Part shown: piece after piece, positions 50,997-59,506 of the stretch
Layout: every line of letters starts with the position of its first letter
How positions within the stretch are numbered: position 1 is the stretch's first letter
Assembly (NCBI GenBank): GCA_036518815.1
Contig: DATDML010000077.1
Span: 620 to 64,619 of the forward strand
Origin: Candidatus Dormiibacterota bacterium
Lineage (GTDB): Bacteria > Chloroflexota > Dormibacteria > Dormibacterales > Dormibacteraceae
Length of the DNA stretch: 64,000 nucleotides
Reading direction: 5' to 3'
Position numbers and translations under genes: made by a program
The notes under the pieces: generated by a model
The model's input: the letters and a program-made list of their open reading frames with translations, nothing else
Told to the model about the DNA's origin: nothing
Database searches by the model: none

Positions 50997-51260
50997 GTGA
51001 TGACCATCACCTGGGAGGACGGCCTCGTCAGCGGCTATCGCGGCGAGCAGCTGCGGTGGGCGTGTCCGTGCGCCGAATGCCGCGGTGAGCTTGGCGCCCC
51101 GGGCAGGCTCTCGCGTGCGAGCTCGCTGCCAGAGGACGAATTACGAATTCAGGACGTAACCCTGGTCGGCCAGTACGCGTTGCAGATCAGGTTTGACAGC
51201 GGGCACGCCACCGGGATCTATACCTTCCCGTACCTTCGATCGCTCGGACGAGAGCGCTGA
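50997..51260 (+). CDS. DUF971 domain protein (gamma-butyrobetaine hydroxylase N-terminal-like)
   Basis: Contains TITWEDG...CPCAEC...GQYALQIRFDSGHATGIYTFPYL. The true start is probably upstream (CTG 50943; see findings). Confidence 0.75.
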   Translation: MMTITWEDGLVSGYRGEQLRWACPCAECRGELGAPGRLSRASSLPEDELRIQDVTLVGQYALQIRFDSGHATGIYTFPYLRSLGRER

Positions 51261-51282
51261 TGGCATAATCGCCACGGCTCCG

Positions 51283-52881
51283 TTGTCGCTGCTCACGCCT
51301 CAGCAAGAAGAGACCGAACGTCCGGAATGGCCTGCGCCTCGCCCCAGCCGCAATGGCAATGGCGCGCGCTTCCGATTCCGCCGCGGCTGGATAGCCATCG
51401 CCGTCATCGTCGCGGTCGCCTGCACCAGCGCCGGCGGTTATCTCGCGTACCTCAACACGCTGCCGACGGCGGTGACGCTGAACATCACAGCCGGCGCGAA
51501 AGAGGTGCCGACGGATACGCGGTTGGTCATCTCGTTCAATCGCGCGGTCGACTACAACACGCTGAAGAAGAACTTCGCGATCGACCCGGCCACGGAAGGG
51601 GCGATCGTGTCGACGTCCGGCCAGAACCAGTACGCATTCGTCCCCGCGCAGCCGCTGCTCGACCTCACCCGCTACACGGTGACCCTTCACGGTTTCACCG
51701 ACACGACCAAGCATCAGGTGAAGGCCGCTCATTGGAGCTTTACGACCACCATCGTGCCGCGCATCACTTCGGTCACCGGCGCCGGCGGCGCTGCGATCGC
51801 GGATGGCTCGGAGGTGCAACCGGGAACGACCATCACCTTCAACTTCAACGACGCGATGGTTCCGTCATCAGTGAAGTTGATGCTCGGCGCGCAACCGCTC
51901 ACGCTCAAGTGGGCCGCCGATTCGCGCAGCGCATCAACGTCGACCGCGCAGATCCCGTCCGGGCCTTTCGTCGTCAAGCTCGGCCCTGGCGCGACTGACC
52001 AGACGGGTCACACCGTGAAAGCCTCGTGGACTCTGGTCACGGGCCTCTACTACCGCGACTCTGAGCACACGGTCGCACTCAAGTACCCCGCGCTCATCCA
52101 GATTCCGAATGACGCGGACGCTGTCGATCAGAACGGTCTGCAGGCCGCCGACATGGTGTTCGAGTACCTCGCCGAAGGCGGGATCACCCGCATGACGGCG
52201 GTCTACAGCAACGCCCCAGACCTCATCGGCCCCATCCGCTCGAGCCGCCTCGTGTCACTGAAGCTCGGCCGGCACTACAAGGGCCTGCTGTTCCAGTCCG
52301 GCGAGTCGTCGGTGACGCAATCGGCGGCGGGCTCCGACCCCGTGCCGCAGTTCTTCGACACCATCGGCTACACCTTCCGCACGAACAGCCGCTACGCGCC
52401 GGACAACCTGATGATCACCGGCGACGGCGTCAACCGGGCGGAGACGCACCTTTTCCCGAACGTCGCCGCCTTCACGCTGGCGAAGCAGCGCCCGACCGTG
52501 ACGGGCGGCACCGCAGCGATGTCGGTCAACGTGCCTGAGCACAGCTCGACCTACACGTACGACCCCATCATCGGCACGTACCAGAAGACCGAAAACGGTC
52601 ATCGCTACAGCGATCCCAAGCTGCGTGCCCCGCTGCGCATCGAAATGCTGATCGTGATGCACACGCAGGAGACGACGCTCGACATCACCGACGGCCACGG
52701 CTCGTATCTCCACGATTACAACCTCGACACGACAGGGTCGGCGGACTTCTACTACAAGGGCTTCCGCTACACCGGCTCATGGAGCGGGGCCGACAGTCAT
52801 AGCCCCATCACGTTCACCACGGCAGACGGTCAGGCGCTTACGCTTCCGCCTGGACTGGTCTGGGTAGACGTCACGAGCTAG
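51283..52881 (+). CDS. DUF3048 domain protein with N-terminal membrane anchor and Ig-like segment
   Basis: Start chosen at TTG 51283, after the DUF971 stop. The DUF3048 core is NGLQAADMVFEYLAEGGITRMTAVYS...GPIRSSR. Confidence 0.7.
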   Translation: MSLLTPQQEETERPEWPAPRPSRNGNGARFRFRRGWIAIAVIVAVACTSAGGYLAYLNTLPTAVTLNITAGAKEVPTDTRLVISFNRAVDYNTLKKNFAIDPATEGAIVSTSGQNQYAFVPAQPLLDLTRYTVTLHGFTDTTKHQVKAAHWSFTTTIVPRITSVTGAGGAAIADGSEVQPGTTITFNFNDAMVPSSVKLMLGAQPLTLKWAADSRSASTSTAQIPSGPFVVKLGPGATDQTGHTVKASWTLVTGLYYRDSEHTVALKYPALIQIPNDADAVDQNGLQAADMVFEYLAEGGITRMTAVYSNAPDLIGPIRSSRLVSLKLGRHYKGLLFQSGESSVTQSAAGSDPVPQFFDTIGYTFRTNSRYAPDNLMITGDGVNRAETHLFPNVAAFTLAKQRPTVTGGTAAMSVNVPEHSSTYTYDPIIGTYQKTENGHRYSDPKLRAPLRIEMLIVMHTQETTLDITDGHGSYLHDYNLDTTGSADFYYKGFRYTGSWSGADSHSPITFTTADGQALTLPPGLVWVDVTS

Positions 52882-52891
52882 CGCGCTGGCG

Positions 52892-53878
52892 GTGGTGGCT
52901 GCACTGATCTGCAGCTGCGCCCAGTCGACCTCTGTCGCCACCGTGCCGTCGCCATCGCCGCCGGGAGCTCTGGCGGATACGTGGCTATGGGACCTTCACA
53001 CGTGGGAGCGCGTCGGCGCATCTGGACCATCGGGCCGCTCGCTCGCCTCGCTGGCGTTCGACGATAAACGCGACATGTTCGTCTTGTTCGGAGGCGCGAC
53101 TGCCGGTGGTGCATCCGACGAGACATGGACATTTCACGGCACCTGGAAGCTGCAGTCGCCGGCGCACCGTCCCGGCGCCCGCTGGGGCGCCGGCCTGGGC
53201 TATGACCCCCGGAGTGGACTGGTGGTGCTTTACGGAGGGCATATCGCTGCGGGCGCGGAAGAAGGGACGAGCGGCGACGACACGTGGACCTGGAACGGCG
53301 AGGATTGGACACGGGTTGACGGGGCCGATCAGCCAGGCCATCGCGATGGCCCGCGGCTGGTGACCGCGGGGGACAAGCTCTTGCTGGTGACTGGACACGA
53401 CTTCAACGTCACCTACTACGGCGACGCGTGGCGCTGGACCGGTAGCGCGTGGATCTCTGCCGATCGCCCGCCCCGCCCGCCGGGGCGTGGCAGCCCGGCC
53501 GTGATCTGGAGCCCGTCGGACGCTGCGCTCTACCTCTTCGGCGGCACGGGGCTAAACCCTGATGTGGGGCCTGGCAACTCAGGCAAGCCTTTGGGGGACG
53601 CGTGGAAGTTGCAGGACGGGGCCTGGACGCAATTGCCGGGCACGGGACCGCCGCCGCTTCCGAATTCGAACGCGGTCTGGGATGCCAACACGGGCGCCAT
53701 CGTCATCATGCTCGGCACCAACTGCCCCACACCAAGCGGCGACGCATGGTCCTGGGACGGGGCACGCTGGTCGCAGGCGCCACAGCCGGGCATACCGGCG
53801 CGCTGGGGAGCAGCGCTCGCTCAAGAGCCGGCCGGCTACGTGTTGCTTTTCGGCGGCTCGAACAAGGCTGGCTGCTGA
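52892..53878 (+). CDS. Kelch-repeat beta-propeller protein (probable lipoprotein/secreted)
   Basis: Repeated ...VLFGG...DTW.W.G..W... Kelch-type blades follow an N-terminal LICSC motif. Confidence 0.65.
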   Translation: MVAALICSCAQSTSVATVPSPSPPGALADTWLWDLHTWERVGASGPSGRSLASLAFDDKRDMFVLFGGATAGGASDETWTFHGTWKLQSPAHRPGARWGAGLGYDPRSGLVVLYGGHIAAGAEEGTSGDDTWTWNGEDWTRVDGADQPGHRDGPRLVTAGDKLLLVTGHDFNVTYYGDAWRWTGSAWISADRPPRPPGRGSPAVIWSPSDAALYLFGGTGLNPDVGPGNSGKPLGDAWKLQDGAWTQLPGTGPPPLPNSNAVWDANTGAIVIMLGTNCPTPSGDAWSWDGARWSQAPQPGIPARWGAALAQEPAGYVLLFGGSNKAGC

Positions 53879-53879
53879 A

Positions 53880-54644
53880 TCAGACCGGCACGCGCCGGAT
53901 GGTCCAGAAGTCGGCGGAGAGGTACGCGTTCGTCAGGTAGTCGAAGGGCATCGTGAAGTAGCCGTTCATGCCCCAGCGGCCACCCCACGAGTTGCGCACG
54001 ATGAACCGCCCCGCCTTCATGTCGTAACCGCACGCCACCACCGCATGCCCGCCGAGCACGCGCTCGCCGAGCCGCGGCATCGGCACAAGTCCTGTCGCCG
54101 CCACCTTCGGCGATTCGAAGCTTTCGTAGACGGAGAACCCGAACACGAATGGATAGCCGCTCGCCAGACACGTGAGCAGCGGTACCGACGACCCATGATC
54201 CAGGCGCAGGTATTCGCTGACCTGCTCCTTCAGCGCAGCGCGATAACAGCGCTCAGGCGGCTTGTCGGCGAAGTGCTTGATGTCGTACGGCCAGATGTCC
54301 TCCGCGCAGAAGCCGCGCTTGACGATGGTCTTGATGCCATCGCGGATCTGCGCGCCGGAATCGCTGTCGACCGTCCCTTCGAGCGCTCTCTCGTTGTAGT
54401 AGATGAACAGCCGCGACGGCATGACCGGCGGCGCCTCACCCTCTTTCTGCTCGAGGAACTGCAGGGCGCCGGCGATCGCATTCGCGGTGCACGAGCCAAG
54501 CTCACCCTGGTTGTAGCAAGGTGTGAAACCGCCTCGCAGATCGACTCTCGGCGGGAGCGCGCGAGCCAGGCGCGGCGGCGGCTCGTAGCGGAAGTCGCGC
54601 TGGTCGGGGATGTCGCGGACCCAGCCGAAGCGCTTGATGCGCAT
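53880..54644 (-). CDS. Papain-like cysteine peptidase (C1 family), no signal peptide
   Basis: Contains QGELGSCTANA (catalytic Cys), GGHAVVACGY (His) and RNSWG. The N-terminus DIPDQRDFRY is typical of bacterial C1 peptidases. Confidence 0.8.
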   Translation of the reverse strand: MRIKRFGWVRDIPDQRDFRYEPPPRLARALPPRVDLRGGFTPCYNQGELGSCTANAIAGALQFLEQKEGEAPPVMPSRLFIYYNERALEGTVDSDSGAQIRDGIKTIVKRGFCAEDIWPYDIKHFADKPPERCYRAALKEQVSEYLRLDHGSSVPLLTCLASGYPFVFGFSVYESFESPKVAATGLVPMPRLGERVLGGHAVVACGYDMKAGRFIVRNSWGGRWGMNGYFTMPFDYLTNAYLSADFWTIRRVPV

Positions 54645-54657
54645 CGCGGCTGGACCT

Positions 54658-55110
54658 TTAGGCGGCGACCGGTGCAGGCCGCAGCCCGCGCCGGATCAGG
54701 TAGTGCCCGCCTCTCGAAACGTAAATCACAAAGACCACGACGTTGGCTGCGATCAGCGCCGCCAGGATGATCACCACCAGCCACGCATCCTGCCCGAGGT
54801 TGGAACCTGCCGTCAACGGAGGCAGTGCGGAACCGGCCATTTGAAACTGGAAGTCAGGCAGCTGGGACGACTGCACGGACGAACTTCCACTCTTGTTGAC
54901 ACCGAACGAGTTGCCCAGGCCGCCGTTGGTCCCACTCGGCGTTGGGGCCTGCGACGTCTGCATGTGCGGGTTGTGCAGGTACTCACCGGTGTGCTTGCCA
55001 GGACTGCTCGGGTCTGGCGGATTGAATGCGAGCGCCGACGCGGGGCTCAGGGCCAGGAACAGAAATAGAAGAAAGATCGAAATCCGCGCGACCTTGCGCG
55101 CGGCCGTCAC
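54658..55110 (-). CDS. Hypothetical secreted, C-terminally membrane-anchored low-complexity protein
   Basis: Signal peptide (ISIFLLFLFLALSPASALA), a Ser/Gly/Pro/Gln-rich region, and a C-terminal TM helix. A strong SD (GGGAGAAGGA) precedes the GTG start. Confidence 0.5.
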   Translation of the reverse strand: MTAARKVARISIFLLFLFLALSPASALAFNPPDPSSPGKHTGEYLHNPHMQTSQAPTPSGTNGGLGNSFGVNKSGSSSVQSSQLPDFQFQMAGSALPPLTAGSNLGQDAWLVVIILAALIAANVVVFVIYVSRGGHYLIRRGLRPAPVAA

Positions 55111-55185
55111 TCCTTCTCCCTTACGAACACCACACCGATCGCGGCCGTAGGTTACACGGAGGGCTCGTCCGCCGTCTAGTGGTGC

Positions 55186-56118
55186 CTAGTTCCGCGCTGC
55201 GTCCTTCAACGCGCTGACATACATCGACGCGGCCACCGCAGCGGTCGTGCCATCACCGGCAGCGGTCGCAATTTGTTTGGTCAATTGCGAGCGCACATCG
55301 CCAACGGCCCATATGCCTTCGACAGATGTTTGCATGTTGCGGTCGGTGATGATGTAACCCGCCTCGTCGTGGTTGACGTGCACCTTCAACAGCTTGGAGT
55401 TGGGCACGAAACCGATGAAGATGAAAACACCACCGACAGGAAGTTCCGTCGTGTGTCCGCGATGCTCGTAGTCGACGCCGCGCACCTTTTCGTCGCCCTT
55501 GATGTCTTTGACGACGGCGTCGAGGATGAATTCGATCTTCGGGTTGGCGCGTGCGCGGTCCAACAGGATGGGCTGAGCGCGAAATTCGTTGCGGCGGTGA
55601 ATGATGTAGACCTTTGACGCGTAGCGAGTCAGGAAGTCGCCCTCCTCCACCGCGGCGTCACCGCCGCCGACGACCGCGAGCTCCTGGCCTTTGAAGAAAG
55701 CGCCGTCGCACACCGCGCAGTAGCTGACGCCGCGCCCCCAGTACTCCTTCTCTCCGGGCACCTCGAGGTAGCGCGGCAGGCCGCCGGCGGCCATGATCAC
55801 GGCGGGGGCCCGCAGCTCCTCCTCCGACTCCAGGCGCACCACCTTGGTGCCGTTCTCGACGTCGATCTCCTTGACCGGCTCGAAATCGCGGATCTCCAGC
55901 CCGAACTTCCGGGCGTGGTCGCCCATCTTCACGGCGAGCTCGGCGCCGAGAATCGACTCGAAGCCGGGGTAGTCCTCCACCAGCTCGGTGTTCAGGAGCT
56001 GGCCGCCCAGCGGTCCGCGGTCCAGGAGCACGGCCTTGAGGTCCATGCGCGCGGTGTACAGCCCGGCGGCCAGGCCGGCCGGCCCCCCGCCGACGATGAT
56101 GACGTCGTAATCGCTCAT
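55186..56118 (-). CDS. trxB: Thioredoxin-disulfide reductase
   Basis: Trimmed to ATG 56116-56118 (MSDYDVIIVGGGPAG). Contains the CAVCDG redox site, GGGDAAVEE, and the HRRNEFR NADPH motif. Confidence 0.92.
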   Translation of the reverse strand: MSDYDVIIVGGGPAGLAAGLYTARMDLKAVLLDRGPLGGQLLNTELVEDYPGFESILGAELAVKMGDHARKFGLEIRDFEPVKEIDVENGTKVVRLESEEELRAPAVIMAAGGLPRYLEVPGEKEYWGRGVSYCAVCDGAFFKGQELAVVGGGDAAVEEGDFLTRYASKVYIIHRRNEFRAQPILLDRARANPKIEFILDAVVKDIKGDEKVRGVDYEHRGHTTELPVGGVFIFIGFVPNSKLLKVHVNHDEAGYIITDRNMQTSVEGIWAVGDVRSQLTKQIATAAGDGTTAAVAASMYVSALKDAARN

Positions 56119-56157
56119 GGCTCCAGGTTCAATTCTCCCTGGCGCCACTTATATTCC

Positions 56158-56445
56158 TCAGCCCAGCCGGTACTGGGCCCCAAAGCCGCCGCGCGGCGCG
56201 TGGCAGGAGATGTTGTCGAACGGGCACCCGATCGAGCATGCGCCGCATTCGATGCAGTTGCCGAAGCTGACCAGGTTCTTCTTCTGCTCTTCGTTCCATT
56301 CGTAGACGCCGGCCGGGCAGAAGTGGTTGCAGTACTTGCCTTTGCACTTGGTCGCGCACACCGTCTGGTCCACGACCTCGATGTGCGCGTGCCCGGTGTC
56401 CTCGTTGTACTTGACGGTGAACAGCTTGTCGGTGAGCTTCTGCAT
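56158..56445 (-). CDS. FixX-type ferredoxin-like protein
   Basis: Trimmed to ATG 56443-56445 (MQKLTDKLF...). Contains CPAGVYEW, CIECGACSIGCP and a C-terminal PRGGFGAQYRLG, as in FixX. Confidence 0.7.
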   Translation of the reverse strand: MQKLTDKLFTVKYNEDTGHAHIEVVDQTVCATKCKGKYCNHFCPAGVYEWNEEQKKNLVSFGNCIECGACSIGCPFDNISCHAPRGGFGAQYRLG

Positions 56446-57800
56446 CAGGCCGCGCCGAAGCGCTCCCACACGCGGCACATCAGCTTGATGGTGTTGATGT
56501 AGTCGTCGACGCGGATGTTCTCGTTCGGCGCATGGACGCGATTCTCGGGCCGGCCCACGCCCACGGGCATGACGGTTGGGATGCCGAGGTCCGCCACCAC
56601 AGGGTGCATTGGGCCGGTGGCCTGCATGAACGGCCACACTGCCGGCTCACCGTGCATCTCGCGCACGCTCTCGATCATCACCCTGCCGATGTCCGAGTTG
56701 GGATCGGAGCGCACTGGCTTCTCGCCGTCGTGCCAGAGGATCTCCACCTTCTCGAAACCGTGGCCGTCGAGATGGCGGCGCAGCTTGTTGAGGATGTCGG
56801 CCGGATCCTGGTTCGGGATGAGGCGGAAGTCCAACTTGGCCGTCGCCTCGGCAGGCAGCACGGTTTTCGAGCCGGGGCCCTGATAGCCCGTCGTCACACC
56901 GGCGACGTTGCACGTCGGCGTGAACAGCAACTGCTCGACCACCTTGTCCGCCGACGGGTTGCGAATCATCTTGTCGAAACCGACCAGCTTCTTCAGCGCG
57001 CCAGCGCCAGGATCGATCTTCGCAAGCATCTTGCGGTCCGCTTCGGTCGGCGCGACCACCGCGTCGTAGAAGCCGGCGATCTTGATGTTCATGTCCTGGT
57101 CGCGCAGGCTCTCCAGCGCGCGGATCAGATACATCGCAGCCGACGGATAGATCGATGCATATCCCGAGTGCTGGTCGAAATCCAGCATCTTCACGCTCAG
57201 CTGCACATACAGCAGACCGCGAACGCCAAAGAAGATCGTCGGCTGCCCGCTGCTATCGAAACCGCCCGACTCCCACAGGCACCCGTCGGCGTGCAGCTGA
57301 TCGGAGTGCTTGTGCGCGATCTTCTCGAACGACTTCGATCCGACCTCCTCCTCGCCTTCGATGAGGAACCGCAGCGTGACAGGGATTTCGCCGACCTTCT
57401 TCAGCGTCTCGAGCGCGTGGATGCGGGCCATGACGTCGGCCTTGTCGTCGGCCACGCCGCGCGCGATCAGACGGCCATCTTTCTCGACGGCTTTGAACGG
57501 ATCGGACTCCCACAGCTCGATCGGGTCGACCGGCTGCACGTCATAGTGCTCGTACAGCAGCAGGCGGCGCCGGCCGCCACCCTTGACCTCCGCGTAAAGC
57601 GCGGGCATGCCGCCGGCGTCGAGCGTTTCGACGCGGTCGGTGAAGGTCGACAGGCGACTGGCGAGCCAGTCGCGCGCCGGCTTGATCGCGTCGAGCCCGT
57701 GGTTGGAGATGCTCGGAAAACTGCAGAGCTCCTTCAGCTCGTCGACAAAGCGCCGGGAGTTGGCCTGGATATAGGAGTCGACCGCGCTGGTGGATATCAC
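56445..57800 (-). CDS. M20 family metallopeptidase (dipeptidase / ArgE-DapE-CPG2 type)
   Basis: Contains LLLYEHYDVQPVDP...W.SDPF, RGVADDKADV and EGEEEVGS. Confidence 0.85.
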   Translation of the reverse strand: MISTSAVDSYIQANSRRFVDELKELCSFPSISNHGLDAIKPARDWLASRLSTFTDRVETLDAGGMPALYAEVKGGGRRRLLLYEHYDVQPVDPIELWESDPFKAVEKDGRLIARGVADDKADVMARIHALETLKKVGEIPVTLRFLIEGEEEVGSKSFEKIAHKHSDQLHADGCLWESGGFDSSGQPTIFFGVRGLLYVQLSVKMLDFDQHSGYASIYPSAAMYLIRALESLRDQDMNIKIAGFYDAVVAPTEADRKMLAKIDPGAGALKKLVGFDKMIRNPSADKVVEQLLFTPTCNVAGVTTGYQGPGSKTVLPAEATAKLDFRLIPNQDPADILNKLRRHLDGHGFEKVEILWHDGEKPVRSDPNSDIGRVMIESVREMHGEPAVWPFMQATGPMHPVVADLGIPTVMPVGVGRPENRVHAPNENIRVDDYINTIKLMCRVWERFGAA

Positions 57801-57806
57801 ACTGCC

Positions 57807-57817
57807 ATTCTTACACT
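57807..57817. promoter_or_regulatory. Divergent -10-like boxes: AAGAAT (-, 6 nt before GTG 57800) and TACACT (+, 6 nt before ATG 57824)
   Basis: The intergenic gap is 23 nt with no SD-like sequence on either side. Confidence 0.4.
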
Positions 57818-57823
57818 GGGCCT

Positions 57824-59506
57824 ATGGCCGACGCCGCAGCCGAGGAGTTTCACTTCTCGCCCCGTCCCAACCGGGCGCACGAGATCGGTTGGCGTCCCTG
57901 GTCGGAGGCGGCTTTCGACGAGGCCAAGCGCCTCGACAAACCGATCCTTCTTTCCATCTCTGCGGTCTGGTGTCACTGGTGTCACGTCATGGACGAGACG
58001 ACGTACTCCAACGCCGGCGTCATCGACCTGATCAAGACCGAATACGTGCCGGTGCGAGTGGACAACGACGTCCGCCCGGACATCAACCAGCGCTACAACA
58101 TGGGCGGCTGGCCGACGACGGCATTTCTGACGTCGTCGGGCGACATCCTGACGGGCGCCACCTATCTGCCGCCGGACCAGATGGCCGGGGCGCTGCGCCG
58201 CGTCGCCTCGTACTACCGCACCAACCGGCCCGAGATCGCGAGCAAAGTGCTGGAAGGCCGCAAGCGCGCGGGCAGCATCGCGGCGCGGAGCGCCGGATCT
58301 CTGGACGGCGGCCTGGTCGACGCCGTTCTGGACGCCGTGCGCAACGCCTATGACCCGGAATACGGCGGCTTTGGCACGGCGCCCAAGTTCCCGCAGACCG
58401 ACGCCATCCTGCTCCTGCTCGAGCAGGCAGAGATCCGTGGCGATGACGCGCTCCGCGAGATGGCCGTGCGCACGCTCGAGCGCATGGCGCAGGGCGGCAC
58501 GTACGACCACATCGAAGGCGGGTTCTTCCGCTACTCGACGACCCAGGACTGGAGCGTGCCGCATTTCGAGAAGATGCTCGAAGACCACGCCGGCCTCGTC
58601 GCGGGGCTGTCGCTGGCCGGCATGACTTCGGTGCTCGAGACCACCACCGGCTACCTGAACCGCGTGTTGCGCGACGGCACAACAGGCCTCTACGCCGGCA
58701 GCCAGGACGCGGACGAGCATTACTACTCGCTCGACGCCGCCGCCCGCGCGGCGTTGACGCCGCCCTATGTCGACCGCCGCGTGTATACCGCCTGGAACGC
58801 GGCGCTGGCGGTCGCGTATCTGGATGCCGCGCGCCGCCACTCGCAGCCGGAGCTCCGCGCCCACGCGGCCCAGGCGCTGGATGCGCTGTTCGCCGAGCGA
58901 CTGACTGCCTCCGATGGCCTCGTCCACGCCGAGGGCGTGCGGGGACAGCTCGGCGATCAGGTCTGGGGACTGCTGGCCGCCATTCGGGCATACCAGTCGG
59001 GCCTCCGGCCCCAGTGGCTGGACATCGCGCGTGAGCTGGCCGAACACGTCGAGCTTCGATACGCGGACAAGGAGCTCGGTGGTTACTTCGACCGAGCCGG
59101 CGGCGAGGAGCTCGGCCGCCTGGGCGACCCGGTCAAGCCGCTGGGCGAGAACTCGATCGCGGCCATCGCCCTGATCGAGCTGGACACGCTCACCGGCGAC
59201 CCGGCGCAGCCCTACCTGGCAGCCGCCCGCCGCGCGCTCGAGTCGGTGGCCGCGCTACCGCGGCAGTACGGGCTCATGGCGGCGGTTTTCGCGCGCGCCA
59301 TGGACCGCCTTCGCGTCTCACTGAAGGTCAGCACCGGCAGCGAAGAGCTGGCGCGGGCGGCGATGCTGGCGCACCCGTACGCAGTCATCGAACCCAATGG
59401 CGAGGCGCGAGCGCTAGTCTGCATCGGCACCATGTGCCTGGCTCCCGTCTCGACCGCTGACGATCTTTCGGCAGCCGTGCGCGAAGCGATCTCCACGCGT
59501 GCCTGA
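57824..59506 (+). CDS. Thioredoxin-domain protein, DUF255/YyaL family (N-terminal Trx fold plus alpha/alpha-toroid domain)
   Basis: Contains KPILLSISAVWCHWCHVMD and a C-terminal six-hairpin-like region. Confidence 0.85.
   Translation: MADAAAEEFHFSPRPNRAHEIGWRPWSEAAFDEAKRLDKPILLSISAVWCHWCHVMDETTYSNAGVIDLIKTEYVPVRVDNDVRPDINQRYNMGGWPTTAFLTSSGDILTGATYLPPDQMAGALRRVASYYRTNRPEIASKVLEGRKRAGSIAARSAGSLDGGLVDAVLDAVRNAYDPEYGGFGTAPKFPQTDAILLLLEQAEIRGDDALREMAVRTLERMAQGGTYDHIEGGFFRYSTTQDWSVPHFEKMLEDHAGLVAGLSLAGMTSVLETTTGYLNRVLRDGTTGLYAGSQDADEHYYSLDAAARAALTPPYVDRRVYTAWNAALAVAYLDAARRHSQPELRAHAAQALDALFAERLTASDGLVHAEGVRGQLGDQVWGLLAAIRAYQSGLRPQWLDIARELAEHVELRYADKELGGYFDRAGGEELGRLGDPVKPLGENSIAAIALIELDTLTGDPAQPYLAAARRALESVAALPRQYGLMAAVFARAMDRLRVSLKVSTGSEELARAAMLAHPYAVIEPNGEARALVCIGTMCLAPVSTADDLSAAVREAISTRA

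Noticed and set aside
55186-56118. TrxB as a ferredoxin-dependent flavin thioredoxin reductase using the adjacent FixX-like ferredoxin
   Set aside because: The canonical NADPH-binding elements (GGGDAAVEE and HRRNEFR) are intact. Ferredoxin-dependent relatives are known for lacking them.
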